Position numbers and translations under genes: made by a program. Below, piece by piece: positions 41,601-51,498 of a stretch of 64,000 nt of DNA. Below the pieces are notes generated by a model. The model searched no databases, was not told the DNA's origin, and saw only the letters and a list, made by a program, of their open reading frames with translations. Source of the stretch: Desulfuromonadales bacterium (GTDB lineage: Bacteria > Desulfobacterota > Desulfuromonadia > Desulfuromonadales > JACZKF01); NCBI GenBank assembly GCA_041677125.1, contig JBAYQP010000006.1:30480-94479 (forward strand), in the 5' to 3' direction. Numbering within the stretch: position 1 is the stretch's first letter; each line of letters begins with the position of its first letter.

Positions 41601-42915
41601 GGCCGCGCAGGGTGCTGTCGCGCAGTTTGCCATTGATGGCGGCGGTGACCGGGATGTCCTCGCCCCCCGCGGCGCCCACCTCCAGATCGAAGTTGACTCG
41701 GCCGGGCCAATCGGCGGCGATGGCCTTCGTCTGAAGTTCGCTGCCGGCGAGTTCGGCCCGCAGCTGCCAGGCCTCCCGCCAGCCGGCATCGAATTTACCG
41801 GTCAGTCGCCCGGCGAGAAATTCGCCCTGCAACTCGGGGAGGGTGATCCCGGTCAGGCTGCCGAAGAAGTCGCTCGCCAACCGTCCCCGCTGCCATCCGC
41901 CCCCCCGATTGGCCAGCACGAATCGCCCCTGGTAATCCTCCAGGCGCCCCTCGGCCCGCACCTCGCCATGCAGGTCGGTGCGGACGCCGGTTTCCGGCCA
42001 AAGATCGACTCCGGCTAACCGCAACGAGAAGGAGAAAGGCCAGCCTTCCGCCGCCGCCAGCATCGCCTCCCCGGCAATCTCCCCCGCGCCGTCGGGACGG
42101 GTCAGTTGCAACGCCGCCAAAGCGAGGCTCTCGGGACTCCAGTCCACCTCGGCTTGCAGCCGCAGACGTTCGCGCCCGTCGGCCAGCACGGTGGCTTGCA
42201 GGGGACCGGCCAGACGCCGCGCGCCGGCGGCCGGTTGCAACTGCAGCCGCACCGAAATCTTCTCCATGCCGGCCACGGCGGCGGCCGGCTGCGCCTGAAA
42301 ATCGAGGTTCAGCGCCGGCGCGACGAAATCGGCGGCCGCCGCCCCGTCCAGGCGGCCGGGGGAACCGGCAAAGGCCAAATCATCGATGCGCAGAACGCCC
42401 TGCCGCCAGGACACGCCGGCGCGCAGGCGCTCGCCCAGCAGCGGCTCTCCTGCCACCGGGTGCAGGACGATAGCGTCCGCTTGCAGATGTTCGACGGCGA
42501 CTTGCAGCCAACGGGCGAAGGCGCCGGGCTCGGGGAAGGCGAAGTCCGGGGGGGCTTTTTCCTTTTCGCCGGCGCTCGGCTCGGCGGCGGCGATCCGCGC
42601 CTCGACCCCGGTCAATGCAAGCTCCTCGACGGCGATCCTTCCACGCAGCAAGGCGGCGGGATGCCAGCGCAGCCGCGCCGCATCCACCGTCGCCGCGCCG
42701 CGCGGCCAGCGCACCACGGCGTCCCGCAGCAGCACCTCGTCGGCCAGTCGACCGCTCAGGCTTTGCGCCTGAATGTGCAGAGGGGAAAACCGCGAGACGG
42801 CGGCCAGGAGAAATTGCGCGCCGGCGGGCGTCCAGAAAAACCAGCCGATTCCCGCCGCCAGGAAAACAACAGCGAGGACGATCGCGAAGAGCAGATAACG
42901 CCAGAGCTTTCTCAC
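38635..42915 (-). CDS. tamB: Translocation and assembly module inner-membrane protein TamB (DUF490 C-terminus)
   Basis: N-terminal signal anchor, very long beta-rich body, and a C-terminal DUF490-type region (..GKYL.PDLY.S...S.......R..Y.L...W.LE). The preferred start is GTG 42915, which forms a GTGA overlap with the tamA stop. The track start, TTG 42945, is an alternative. Confidence 0.88.
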   Translation of the reverse strand: MRKLWRYLLFAIVLAVVFLAAGIGWFFWTPAGAQFLLAAVSRFSPLHIQAQSLSGRLADEVLLRDAVVRWPRGAATVDAARLRWHPAALLRGRIAVEELALTGVEARIAAAEPSAGEKEKAPPDFAFPEPGAFARWLQVAVEHLQADAIVLHPVAGEPLLGERLRAGVSWRQGVLRIDDLAFAGSPGRLDGAAAADFVAPALNLDFQAQPAAAVAGMEKISVRLQLQPAAGARRLAGPLQATVLADGRERLRLQAEVDWSPESLALAALQLTRPDGAGEIAGEAMLAAAEGWPFSFSLRLAGVDLWPETGVRTDLHGEVRAEGRLEDYQGRFVLANRGGGWQRGRLASDFFGSLTGITLPELQGEFLAGRLTGKFDAGWREAWQLRAELAGSELQTKAIAADWPGRVNFDLEVGAAGGEDIPVTAAINGKLRDSTLRGRNLTGAVEARLRGEDLHIEELALHGEGFAVTAGGRLRERIDFRAEIPRLAGLVPGAQGSLRAAGWARWRDAHLSGELDASGEALALREMRLHRLTLKARHAKEGAPFTVAADLWGAAWSDYRLATAAVQAEGSAEEHRLRLRATGPDVQLEASARGRYAAAAWQGRLLALKTGGDLFGVWRLAEPVALEVSAVRLKTAPLRLNGPGEEFLAARADLALSPLLGVVAGEWRQLNLARANPWLPDTTLSGRSSGAARFEMLPENRIELKGQLEIAGLVERAGERLPLRRATSQFVWGAKGLQAEIEADLAAMGTLAAAVHSSRPATLEWPEEGDFTAQWRLDDLAGLSPWLPEVALTGNSSGEVAGGWQQERLRINGQAGMAGKVVWKEQTLDIRRLQTDFAWDAEGVRADWTLDLAGGRGGLSANIAAAAPARLEMPERGSLRAEWRGLDLALLRPWLPEDFLLEGQLGGQLNGEWLPGQRLQMSGRAEIAEGELQWEQYEGVIAAALRQARVNWTWQDESFQGDLLLALENYGRAEGRFRLPLAARWPTGIEADGPVWARLQGDLQEEGLLNAILPGVVQESRGRLALDLRLDGTWDQPDFGGEAHLRDAAAYLPTAGIRVEDIQVKAQLAGQQIRIDSFQMRSGPGVVAGEGSVSLDQWRLAGYELRLRGKEFRAIYLPELRMQISPDLQVAGTTQKLTVRGEIHIPSLLVSGRETDAPIRQSPDIVFVDAAAEEEKEEGEKKELPLALDVRVRIVLGEHVLIDTEGVDARLAGALVLNMTGLDPQQMTAQGEIKVAQGKYATYGVSLDITRGNILFAGGPVDRPTLDIQATRTVGEVQAGVKVSGTPRAPKVELYSEPAMPDTDVLSYIVLGRPLGGEGGGDAGLLMLAANTLLSKGESAVLQDRLRRTFGLDVLEIEAGDDEGEGSQITIGKYLNPDLYISFGQSLFANSNEVRMRYNLSENWQLESSVGGEKSAVDLYYKIEFR

Positions 42916-44711
42916 CAGCCGAATCCGATACTGATATGCAGGCAAAAGGAGGGATCGGGCGCGCCGACCTGCCGGGCCACATCGATTTTAACCGGCCCCA
43001 CCGGGGTATACCAGCGGACGCCCAAACCGGCGCCCTGGTGAAAGGTGATGTCGCCGAAATCGTTGAAGGCGTTCCCCGCATCGTAAAAGGCGGCCACCCC
43101 CCAGTCGTCCCAGAGCGCCCGTTCCAGTTCGACGCTGCCGACCAGCAGGTTTTTGCCGCCGATCACATCCCCATCCTCATTCTCCGGACCGAGTGACTCG
43201 TAGGCATAGCCGCGCACGCTCTTGTCGCCGCCGGCAAAAAAACGCAGGGAAGGCGGAATATCCCTCAGCGGTTCGCTCTGGATGGTCCAGCCGGCCTGCC
43301 CCCTGACGAAAAACGAAAACCGGCCCGGCAAAGAAAAGAGTTGATTCGCCGCGCCGACAAGCTGCAGCAGGCCGGTGTCGGAGCCGAGGGCCTGATGCGT
43401 CCCGCGGGTCTCCAGGCTGTAGAAATAACCTTTTTCCGGCCGCGCCGAACTGCCGTAGCCACGGCGACTGTAGCGCAGGCCCGGCAAAACCAGAAAGGAA
43501 GAATCGGAACTGTCCTTGCCGACGGTGTAACTCTCCTGCAATACGCGCAGATAGACCGACCCCAGCTTGCCACCGCCGAAGGAGCGCCGACGTTCCACTT
43601 CGGCAAAATAGGTCCGGCTTTCGTAGGTGTCGACATCCTCGTCGTCATAGCCGACCCGGAAAGCGGTCAGGCTGTCGATATTCTTTCGGCTGGGGACGAT
43701 GTACCCGGCGCCGATGGACTGCTGAGCCTCGGCAATGAGCAGGTCGGCCACGATTTCATGGCCGAGTTGGAAAGCGTTGACATCCTTGTAGCGCAGCGTG
43801 AAGCGGGCGCCGGTGTCGGTGGCGTAGCCGATACCCGGCCGCAGACGCTTGGGCAGCGACGGGGTCAGCAAAATAGTGACCGGCACCCGGTGATCAACCG
43901 CTTCTTCTTCCCGGGGCGTGACGACCACCCCCTGGAAGCGATCGGAGTCGAGGAAATTCAGCTGGGTCTGGCCGAGCTTGGCGAAAGAGAAGACATCGTC
44001 CGGGGCAAAGGCGAGGTAGCGGCGCAAAAAGCGCCGGGGATAGTTCTCCCCCCCGGCAATATCGATCGCGCCGAAATGGAAGCGCGGCCCGGTGTCCAGA
44101 GCCAGGTCGATGGCGGCCGTTCCCTGCACGCGGTTGACGCGGATCGCATGGGCGGTGAAATCGGCGTCCAGATAACCGAGATCCAGAGCGCGCGCTTTGA
44201 GCGCCCCCTTGGTCTGGTCATAGAGACTCTGGCGCAGAACATCCCCCTTTTGCAGAGGAAATGCCGCCAATAAATCTTGCAGGGCCGGCTGCTCCGCCCC
44301 CGGACCGGTGAGGACGACATTGATTTTTTCGACCCGCACCGGCGCGCCCGGGTTGATGCGCACCAGCAGCCGATATTCGTCCGGCGCGGGGTTTTCCAGG
44401 TCCGTTTCGATGTCGGGCTGGAAATAACCAAAAGGCGCCAGCGCCTGACGCACCTTTTCCGGGATCTGCCGACGAAAGCGGGCCAGCCAGCGGCTATCCA
44501 CTTTTCCCTCCCGCGCCAGGGCCTCCGGAACCCGCAAAGCCGCCTCAACGTTCTCCAGCATCTCTGCGCGCACGCCCTGGATGTCCACCGTCACCGGCGT
44601 TGCCGCCCGGACGAGGGCGAAAGGAGAGCAAAGCAGGAAAAACGCGGAGCAAACGGTTACCAGCAGAAGGCGGCTTGAATCGAATATTGGGTTGGCACAG
44701 CGCTCGCGCAT
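42912..44711 (-). CDS. tamA: TamA / BamA-family outer-membrane protein (POTRA domains plus Omp85 barrel)
   Basis: Signal peptide, POTRA-like repeats, and an Omp85 barrel ending ..HISIGFGW. Lies directly upstream of tamB. Confidence 0.9.
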   Translation of the reverse strand: MRERCANPIFDSSRLLLVTVCSAFFLLCSPFALVRAATPVTVDIQGVRAEMLENVEAALRVPEALAREGKVDSRWLARFRRQIPEKVRQALAPFGYFQPDIETDLENPAPDEYRLLVRINPGAPVRVEKINVVLTGPGAEQPALQDLLAAFPLQKGDVLRQSLYDQTKGALKARALDLGYLDADFTAHAIRVNRVQGTAAIDLALDTGPRFHFGAIDIAGGENYPRRFLRRYLAFAPDDVFSFAKLGQTQLNFLDSDRFQGVVVTPREEEAVDHRVPVTILLTPSLPKRLRPGIGYATDTGARFTLRYKDVNAFQLGHEIVADLLIAEAQQSIGAGYIVPSRKNIDSLTAFRVGYDDEDVDTYESRTYFAEVERRRSFGGGKLGSVYLRVLQESYTVGKDSSDSSFLVLPGLRYSRRGYGSSARPEKGYFYSLETRGTHQALGSDTGLLQLVGAANQLFSLPGRFSFFVRGQAGWTIQSEPLRDIPPSLRFFAGGDKSVRGYAYESLGPENEDGDVIGGKNLLVGSVELERALWDDWGVAAFYDAGNAFNDFGDITFHQGAGLGVRWYTPVGPVKIDVARQVGAPDPSFCLHISIGFGW

Positions 44712-44883
44712 TTAATTTAATTTCCATAAGGCGATACGACATTTTACATCAGGCGGTCGCTCATTGAAAATTCCCCCGCTCACCGGCAATCGGCGGGCGC
44801 TGTTGAGCTTTTACAAATTCTCGACTATGCTGTTCTCCAACCTGGGGCCAGGTAAAGATCCACGCCATGAAAGGAGCCGTCAG

Positions 44884-45087
44884 ATGGACATGTCGGAAAT
44901 TCGCAGCAAGGCGAAAGAGTTCGGTTTAACTAACGTTTCGCGGATGAAAAAAGGGGATCTGATCCGCGCCATCCAACGCGGCGAGGGAAATTTCGACTGC
45001 TACGCTTCGGCCGGACGCTTCGACTGCCCGCAAACCGCCTGCTGCTGGCGCGCCGACTGCCTGTCGGCCCGGCCAGACGGGAGGTAG
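44884..45087 (+). CDS. Small Rho_N/SAP-like domain protein with Cys-rich tail
   Basis: Start set to ATG 44884 (GGAG RBS). SEIRSKAKEFGL.NVSRMKKGDLIRAIQ resembles the Rho N-terminal helix-extended-helix motif. Five Cys residues lie in the C-terminal 28 aa. Confidence 0.55.
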   Translation: MDMSEIRSKAKEFGLTNVSRMKKGDLIRAIQRGEGNFDCYASAGRFDCPQTACCWRADCLSARPDGR

Positions 45088-45091
45088 CCGC

Positions 45092-45448
45092 TCAGCCTCT
45101 CTCCCGCTCCAGAAGATACTGCCGGAGCGCCACCGCATTATTGTGCTCTTCGTCCCGGGCGGCAAAGAGCAGGGTGAGGGCGCCCTCGTTCGCTTTGGCC
45201 AGCAATCCACGCACAAGATCCTGCCGCGCATCGAGTTCGGCGCGATAACGGCGGCAGAATTCGGGCCAGCGACTCGCTTCGTGGGCGAACCAGCGGCGCA
45301 GCTCGGTGCTTGGCGCCAGTTCTTTCAGCCACGCATCGATGGCCGCCGCCTCTTTCCGCACCCCCCGTGGCCAGATACGATCGACCAGCACCCGATAGCC
45401 GTCCTCCGCCGCCGGCGCTGCATATATACGTTTGACGCCCACCCGCAT
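45092..45448 (-). CDS. DUF488 (YeaO-like) protein
   Basis: VKRIY......DGYRVLVDRIWPRG..K......D.W.KE.APS..LR.WF.H motif typical of DUF488. Start set to the internal ATG at 45448. Confidence 0.8.
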   Translation of the reverse strand: MRVGVKRIYAAPAAEDGYRVLVDRIWPRGVRKEAAAIDAWLKELAPSTELRRWFAHEASRWPEFCRRYRAELDARQDLVRGLLAKANEGALTLLFAARDEEHNNAVALRQYLLERERG

Positions 45449-45526
45449 GCCGATTTCTCCTTTTACGGTATGCTTCTTCAGCACTCATCTTATTTTACAA
45501 AATCCTCGCCGTTGCGAAACCGCCGA

Positions 45527-46420
45527 ATGAATATTCGTGCCTTCGCCCTCATCTTTTTTCTGCTTTCTGCGCCCGAAGCCGTCCATGGCGACCGGCCGAC
45601 GATGGTCGTGTCTCCCGCACCCACCGCAGTCATCGGCGAGATGGGATCGACGAGAATCGAGCCGCCGGAAACCCTGATGGAACTGGCGCTGCGCAAAGGG
45701 GTCGGCTTTCAGAATCTGGCCGCCGCCAATCCGCATCTCGATCCTTGGCTGCCCCCTGCCGGCGCCATCGTCACCCTGCCCACAGCGACCACTCTGCCGG
45801 TGGGGATCCAGCCGGGAATAACCATCAATCTTGCCGAATACCGGCTCTATTATTTATGGCGGGCGAAGGGACGGCACATGTTTCGGGTCTATCCCATCGG
45901 CATCGGCAGCGAGGGCTGGAACACGCCTGAGGGAGACTTTGCTATTACCGCCAAGGCCGAGCGCCCCGCCTGGACGGTGCCCCTTTCCATTCGCCGGGAA
46001 AGACCCGAGTTGCCGCCAGTGGTGCCCCCCGGCCCGGAAAATCCTCTTGGGGAGTATTGGCTGCAACTGTCTGCGCGCGGCTACGGCATTCACGGCACCA
46101 ACCAGCCCCTGGGGGTTGGGCGGCGGGTAAGTCACGGCTGCATCCGTCTGTATCCCGACGATATCCGGGATCTGTTTGCGCGGGTGAAGATCGGCACTCC
46201 CGTCCGCATTCTCTATCAGCCGATCAAGATGGCAAGGCGGGGGAATCAGCTGCTGCTGGAGGTGCATGCCGACCACCTCGGCCAAATTGCCGATCCGCTG
46301 CGGGAGGTGTTGCGGCAGAAACAGCTGCTCGGCTGGAGGGGGCCGCTGCACTATTCCACCCTGATGCGCGTGCTGCGGGAGGCCAGAGGCGTCCCCGTCC
46401 CCCTTCTACTGGAGGATTGA
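45527..46420 (+). CDS. L,D-transpeptidase (YkuD domain)
   Basis: Only the distal part of track ORF 45143-46420 is taken. Signal peptide and the catalytic motif HGTNQP..VGRRVSHGCIRLYPDDI. Confidence 0.88.
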   Translation: MNIRAFALIFFLLSAPEAVHGDRPTMVVSPAPTAVIGEMGSTRIEPPETLMELALRKGVGFQNLAAANPHLDPWLPPAGAIVTLPTATTLPVGIQPGITINLAEYRLYYLWRAKGRHMFRVYPIGIGSEGWNTPEGDFAITAKAERPAWTVPLSIRRERPELPPVVPPGPENPLGEYWLQLSARGYGIHGTNQPLGVGRRVSHGCIRLYPDDIRDLFARVKIGTPVRILYQPIKMARRGNQLLLEVHADHLGQIADPLREVLRQKQLLGWRGPLHYSTLMRVLREARGVPVPLLLED

Positions 46421-46447
46421 GCCCGGCCGGTTTTCGGCTGGAGACCG

Positions 46448-46798
46448 TTATTCCGCGCAGGCGATGACCAGAGAATGGATGTTGCCAATGCCCAGCCGGC
46501 GCACGCAGTCCACAGCTTCGCCTGGCTGTATTTTCATTGCCGGGCCGCTGAAATCGGGTTGCGGCCACAGAACCACGGTGGCCGCCGGGCCGCTGAGCAG
46601 ACTCTGCACGCCGCCGCCCCAGTCCGCCCGCCGCGCCTGCGGCAGGTGGCGCAAATCGGTCCACTCCGCCGGACCAAAGAAGATATCGTGATCGGCGGCG
46701 GGGCTGAAGCCGGGTTCGGCGAACACCTGGATCCAGCAGGGGGAGGCCGCCGGCAGCGGTGCGCCGCAGGCCGGCAGCAAAAACAGCAGCAGCGCCAT
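46448..46798 (-). CDS. Hypothetical small lipoprotein
   Basis: Start set to ATG 46798. Lipobox LLPACG, 116 aa, no family recognised. Confidence 0.45.
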   Translation of the reverse strand: MALLLFLLPACGAPLPAASPCWIQVFAEPGFSPAADHDIFFGPAEWTDLRHLPQARRADWGGGVQSLLSGPAATVVLWPQPDFSGPAMKIQPGEAVDCVRRLGIGNIHSLVIACAE

Positions 46799-46872
46799 GA
46801 AAGCAAACAGGCCCAGTCTCGCTGACGCCAAGGCTGCCGGGCAAAAGAAAAGCCCCGATTCCGGGGCGATCC

Positions 46873-47220
46873 TCACTTGCGCAGGCTCATTTCGAAGGCC
46901 TTCTGCGCCGCCTGCGCCGCCGCCTCGGCCCGCTCGGCCGCCGCTTCGGCCCGCTGAACGTCGCCGTCGATCGCGCCTCTGGCAACATCGGGCCGGTTGG
47001 CAATCGCCTCGGCGCGCTGCGCGGCCTGAACCGCCTGCACAGCCGCCTGTTCGGAACGTTGGGCGGCAGCTTCGGCCTTTTGCGCCCAAAGCGCGGCGCT
47101 TCGGCTCGCCTCCACCGCATTGGTCAGTTGAACACGGTCCTCCGGCGCGATTCTGGCGGCGCAACCGAAACCGGTCAACACCCACAATCCGATCACGAGG
47201 TACAGGAATTCCTTGCGCAT
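46873..47220 (-). CDS. Alanine-rich secreted/lipoprotein-like coiled-coil protein
   Basis: Signal sequence with Cys (LTGFGC), followed by repeated AEAAAQ/RAEAAA helical motifs. Confidence 0.5.
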   Translation of the reverse strand: MRKEFLYLVIGLWVLTGFGCAARIAPEDRVQLTNAVEASRSAALWAQKAEAAAQRSEQAAVQAVQAAQRAEAIANRPDVARGAIDGDVQRAEAAAERAEAAAQAAQKAFEMSLRK

Positions 47221-47366
47221 AGACGTATCCTCCCGCGAAAATTCAAATCCATTAGAACAGGATATAACCTTCTGTCAAATGCGGCAGGGGAAGCGAAGGC
47301 GAAAGGTTGGATGGGGGGAAGGCGCGGTCGGTTTTGCTTTATCAGCTGACCGATGACAGCTGCTGG

Positions 47367-47959
47367 CTAAACGCCGCTTTTCAACTCGGCAAGCGCCTGG
47401 CGCAGGGCCTGACCGCGGTGGCTGATGCGATTTTTGATTTCCGCGGGCAGTTCTGCCAGGGTTTTTCCCTGGCCAGCGATGAAAAAGAGGGGATCGTAGC
47501 CGAAACCGCCGGCGCCGCGCGGCGCATCGACAATAGCCCCTTCGAGCCGCCCTTCGTAAAAGCGGCACGCCCCCTGCGGGGAACAAAGGGCCATAACGCA
47601 AACGAAGGCGGCTTGCCGACGCGCAGCGGGGATATTGTGCAGCGCCGCCAGCAGCTTGCGATTGTTGGCGGCATCGTCGGCGTCGGGGCCGGCGTAGCGG
47701 GCCGAATGCACCCCCGGCGCGCCGTCCAGGGTGGCTACCAGCAGGCCGGAATCGTCGGCGAGGGTCAGCCGTCCGCTGCGGCGGGCAATCGTTTCGGCTT
47801 TCTTGCGGGCGTTTTCGGCAAAGGTGGCGCCGTCTTCCGTCACCTCTGGCAATTCGGAAAAATCGGCCAGGCTGAGCACCTGGATGCCGCTTTCGGCAAG
47901 CAGCGTCCGGATCTCGCGCAATTTGCCCTGATTGCGGGTCGCCACCAGCAATTCCCGGC

Positions 47960-47963
<4 letters not shown>
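47367..47963 (-). CDS. rdgB: Non-canonical purine NTP pyrophosphatase (RdgB/HAM1 family)
   Basis: ATRN.GK..E, ED.G..F..NA..KA and FGYDP.F motifs. ATGA overlap with the rph stop. Confidence 0.93.
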
Positions 47964-48687
<724 letters not shown>

Positions 48688-48691
<4 letters not shown>

Positions 48692-49812
48692 TGGCGGGCC
48701 TCCTTCTTTTCTTCTTCGGCAAACTTCTGAATGCCGGCGTAAAGGGCTTCGGCGAGGCGCTCCTGGCCGGCCTGTTCGCCGAGCAGAGCACTGTCCTCGC
48801 TGTTGGACAAATACCCGAGTTCGACCAGCACGCTCGGCAGGTTGCCGCGCCCAAGGCTCGGCAGCGGCGCGCGGACGATGCCGTTCACCACCAGTCCGGC
48901 GTCGCGCAGCGCCTGCACCAGTTGGCGGGCCAGGCGAATGCTGCCGCCTTCGCCGGTTTCGAGGGAGCCGCCCTGCTGCTCCTCGCGGGGGCGGATGATC
49001 AGGGTGGCGCCGTGCACCGCCGGGCTGAGGGACGCCTGCGCGTGCAGCAGCACCAGAGCGTCGGCATCGGGCCGGCCGGCCGGCGCCAGCCGCTGCCGCA
49101 AATCGAGGGTGTAGTCGCCGTCCCGGCTGAGATAAACCGGAATGCCGAGACGCATCTTCAGCAACTTCTCCAGCCGGCGGGAAACATCGAGCGCCACGCG
49201 CTTTTCCATATTTCCGCCGCTGCCGATACAACCGGCATCGGTGCCGCCATGTCCCGGGTCGAGGGCAATGCCCCGCAGGATCGGCTCGTTGCGGTTCACC
49301 CGTTGTTTTCGCGTCACGAAGGCGAAGAGGCGATCGAGGGGACTTTCTTCCTGGTCGGCGGACACACTCGCCGGTTTCAGGTTGCGGTAATAGATCGCTT
49401 CGCCGAGTAGCTGCGGAATCCGGCTGCGAACAAAATCTTCGGGCACCCGCAAACGGTTGTCGATGAAGCGGGGCAGATCGGGAAGGGGCTGATAGATGTC
49501 CCCCAGGCGCAAAAAGTGGCTGCCGGGGGAAATAATCGCCGTGCCCCGTGGCGTTTTTATCCGATAAACATGCTCCACGGAGTCCCATCTCCCTTCAAGC
49601 TGCAGAGCGGCGAGCACCTCGTCGATGGAGAGATAGGGAATTCCGTCGCGCAGATAAACATCGCCGATGGTCACCCGCGGCTGCCCGCTGCGGGCGATTT
49701 CGACGGCGGCGACGGCAGGCGTGGCGAGCAGAAAAAAACAACAGAGGATAGACAGAAGAAAACGCAAGGGCAGGGATCTTTCCGGCAAGAGGCATATCGG
49801 CTCCGGCAGCAA
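48688..49812 (-). CDS. amiC: N-acetylmuramoyl-L-alanine amidase (AmiC-like)
   Basis: Signal peptide, an N-terminal targeting-like domain, and an Amidase_3 motif ([13 protein letters not shown]...; ..ELGYLSN). Confidence 0.88.
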
Positions 49813-49897
49813 GCGGCCGCCGGAGCCGACCTTTTATACTCCGCTTCCGCGCGCGCTGTCAACCACGGCGGAGGTGCGGAAAGGGGCGGTTTCAGGT

Positions 49898-50956
49898 CTA
49901 AATCAGCTTCCTGCCCCGCTTCGGTTTGTGGCCGAGGAATTCCAGCAGACGTCGGGTGAGAACGGCCTCAAGCTCGCGCTGCAGGGCCGGTTCGCCGCGC
50001 AGCGGCCGAATCTGACCGCCGGCGGTGGTGTGATGCCCGCCGGCCGTTCCGAGGCCGTCGACAACTTTGCGGATCATGTCCCCGGCCATGATTTCGTGCG
50101 TCCGGGTGCGCAGCGATAAAACTTCCGAATCGTGGAAATTGCCCATGCCGAGGACAATCTCGATCCCCTCCATGCGCAGCAGAAAATCGGCCATTTCGGC
50201 GACGATGTCGGGATTATCGATAAGATAGAGATTGAAAACCAGAACGTCGTCATAGGTGCGCGAATTCTCAATCGCTTTGTTGTAGGAGGAGAAATATTCC
50301 CGCGGCACCTTGGGATGGGTGATATTGAAGAGAATGCGCGCATTCGACAGCTGCACCAGTTGCAGGTAAGCTTCGCGGTCGGCTTTCACCCCTTCCCGGC
50401 CGAGGTCCTGGGTCTCCGATTTGATGGCGTAAAACAGAATGGTCGCCAGCTTGGTGCCGAAGGTGACCTGCTGCACCTGCAGGTATTCGAAAAGGATCGT
50501 GGCGCAGGCGCCGTATTCGGGGCGGATATCGACCCAGCGACAGCAGTCCGGGTCCCGCGGCGGGTGGTGATCGATCACCAGATGCACCGGCTTGTCCAGC
50601 GGATAGGAGTTGTTCCCCGTTCCCGGTTGGGTGTCGACCATACACACAACTCCGAACTGGTCGAGATCGAGGTTCTCCATCGGCACGATGTCGATTTCCA
50701 GTTCGCGCACCATCGCCCGGTTCTCGCCGCGGCCGATGATGCCGCCGAAGCCGACGGTCACCGCCTGACCGGTGGTTTTGAGAATGAGGTGCTTAAGGGC
50801 CATCGCCGAGGCCAGCGAATCGGGGTCCGGGTTGTCGTGGGCAACGATCAGCACCCGCCCCTTGCCCCGCATCCACTCGATGAAGGAACTGCAAAATTCC
50901 TGCGAGCGGGTCAGATCAAGCGGCATGCCACACCTCCGGCGGGAAGACTTCCCCAT
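49898..50956 (-). CDS. DHH/DHHA1-family phosphoesterase (NrnA-like)
   Basis: DHH motifs (IVAHDNPDPDSLAS, DHH at VIDHHPP) and a DHHA1 GGH motif (GTAGGHHTTAGG). A start at 50956 or 50926 is possible. Confidence 0.85.
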   Translation of the reverse strand: MGKSSRRRCGMPLDLTRSQEFCSSFIEWMRGKGRVLIVAHDNPDPDSLASAMALKHLILKTTGQAVTVGFGGIIGRGENRAMVRELEIDIVPMENLDLDQFGVVCMVDTQPGTGNNSYPLDKPVHLVIDHHPPRDPDCCRWVDIRPEYGACATILFEYLQVQQVTFGTKLATILFYAIKSETQDLGREGVKADREAYLQLVQLSNARILFNITHPKVPREYFSSYNKAIENSRTYDDVLVFNLYLIDNPDIVAEMADFLLRMEGIEIVLGMGNFHDSEVLSLRTRTHEIMAGDMIRKVVDGLGTAGGHHTTAGGQIRPLRGEPALQRELEAVLTRRLLEFLGHKPKRGRKLI

Positions 50957-50979
50957 GTAATATCAATGCAGGTTTCATC

Positions 50980-51477
50980 CTACTCTCCAATTTTGGCAAA
51001 AGCCAAAGCCACCGCCTCTATCGGCGATTCGGCATAAAATACGCCGGGGATAGCCGGCCAGGCTCCCAGGGCAATGACCGGCCGGCCGATTTTCAGGCCG
51101 ATGGCCATTTCCGAAAGCGTACCGTATTCCCCTTCGATGGCGATGAGTACGCTGGCGCTGTGGGCGATGACCACGTTGCGGGCATGCCCCAAATTGGTCG
51201 GGATGGCGAGCCCCACGTAGCGATTGGCCGCCGAGGCCTCGCCGCCGGGGAGAATGCCCACCGCCGTGCCGCCCGCCTCGGCGCAGCCGCGACAGACCGC
51301 CTCCATGATGCCGCCCAGACCGCCGCAGACGACCGCCGCTCCGCGCTCGGCGATTAAACGCCCAACCTCGCGCGCCCGCGCATACCCCCCGGGCGTGGCG
51401 CGACCGGCGCCAATAACGCCGACGAGAATCCTCTGCTCGACCCGCATTTCCGATCCCTCAATAGGGGCAGGCGGCAC
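50980..51477 (-). CDS. TIGR00725-family (LOG/DprA-like Rossmann) protein
   Basis: VIGAG........A.E.G..IA..G..VVCGGLGG.MEA..RG pattern. An alternative start is at 51447. Confidence 0.78.
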   Translation of the reverse strand: MPPAPIEGSEMRVEQRILVGVIGAGRATPGGYARAREVGRLIAERGAAVVCGGLGGIMEAVCRGCAEAGGTAVGILPGGEASAANRYVGLAIPTNLGHARNVVIAHSASVLIAIEGEYGTLSEMAIGLKIGRPVIALGAWPAIPGVFYAESPIEAVALAFAKIGE

Positions 51478-51498
51478 CTGCCCGGTCGGGCGCCGGCC

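Noticed and set aside
45143-45526. N-terminal extension of the L,D-transpeptidase ORF (track start 45143)
   Set aside because: The extension is antisense to the DUF488 gene. A signal peptide starts at ATG 45527, which is the natural start.
48692-49588. N-terminal 299 codons of the 542-aa track ORF 47960-49588
   Set aside because: This is an out-of-frame overlap with amiC, and its product is Arg/Pro/Gly-rich. RNase PH homology begins at GTG 48691.
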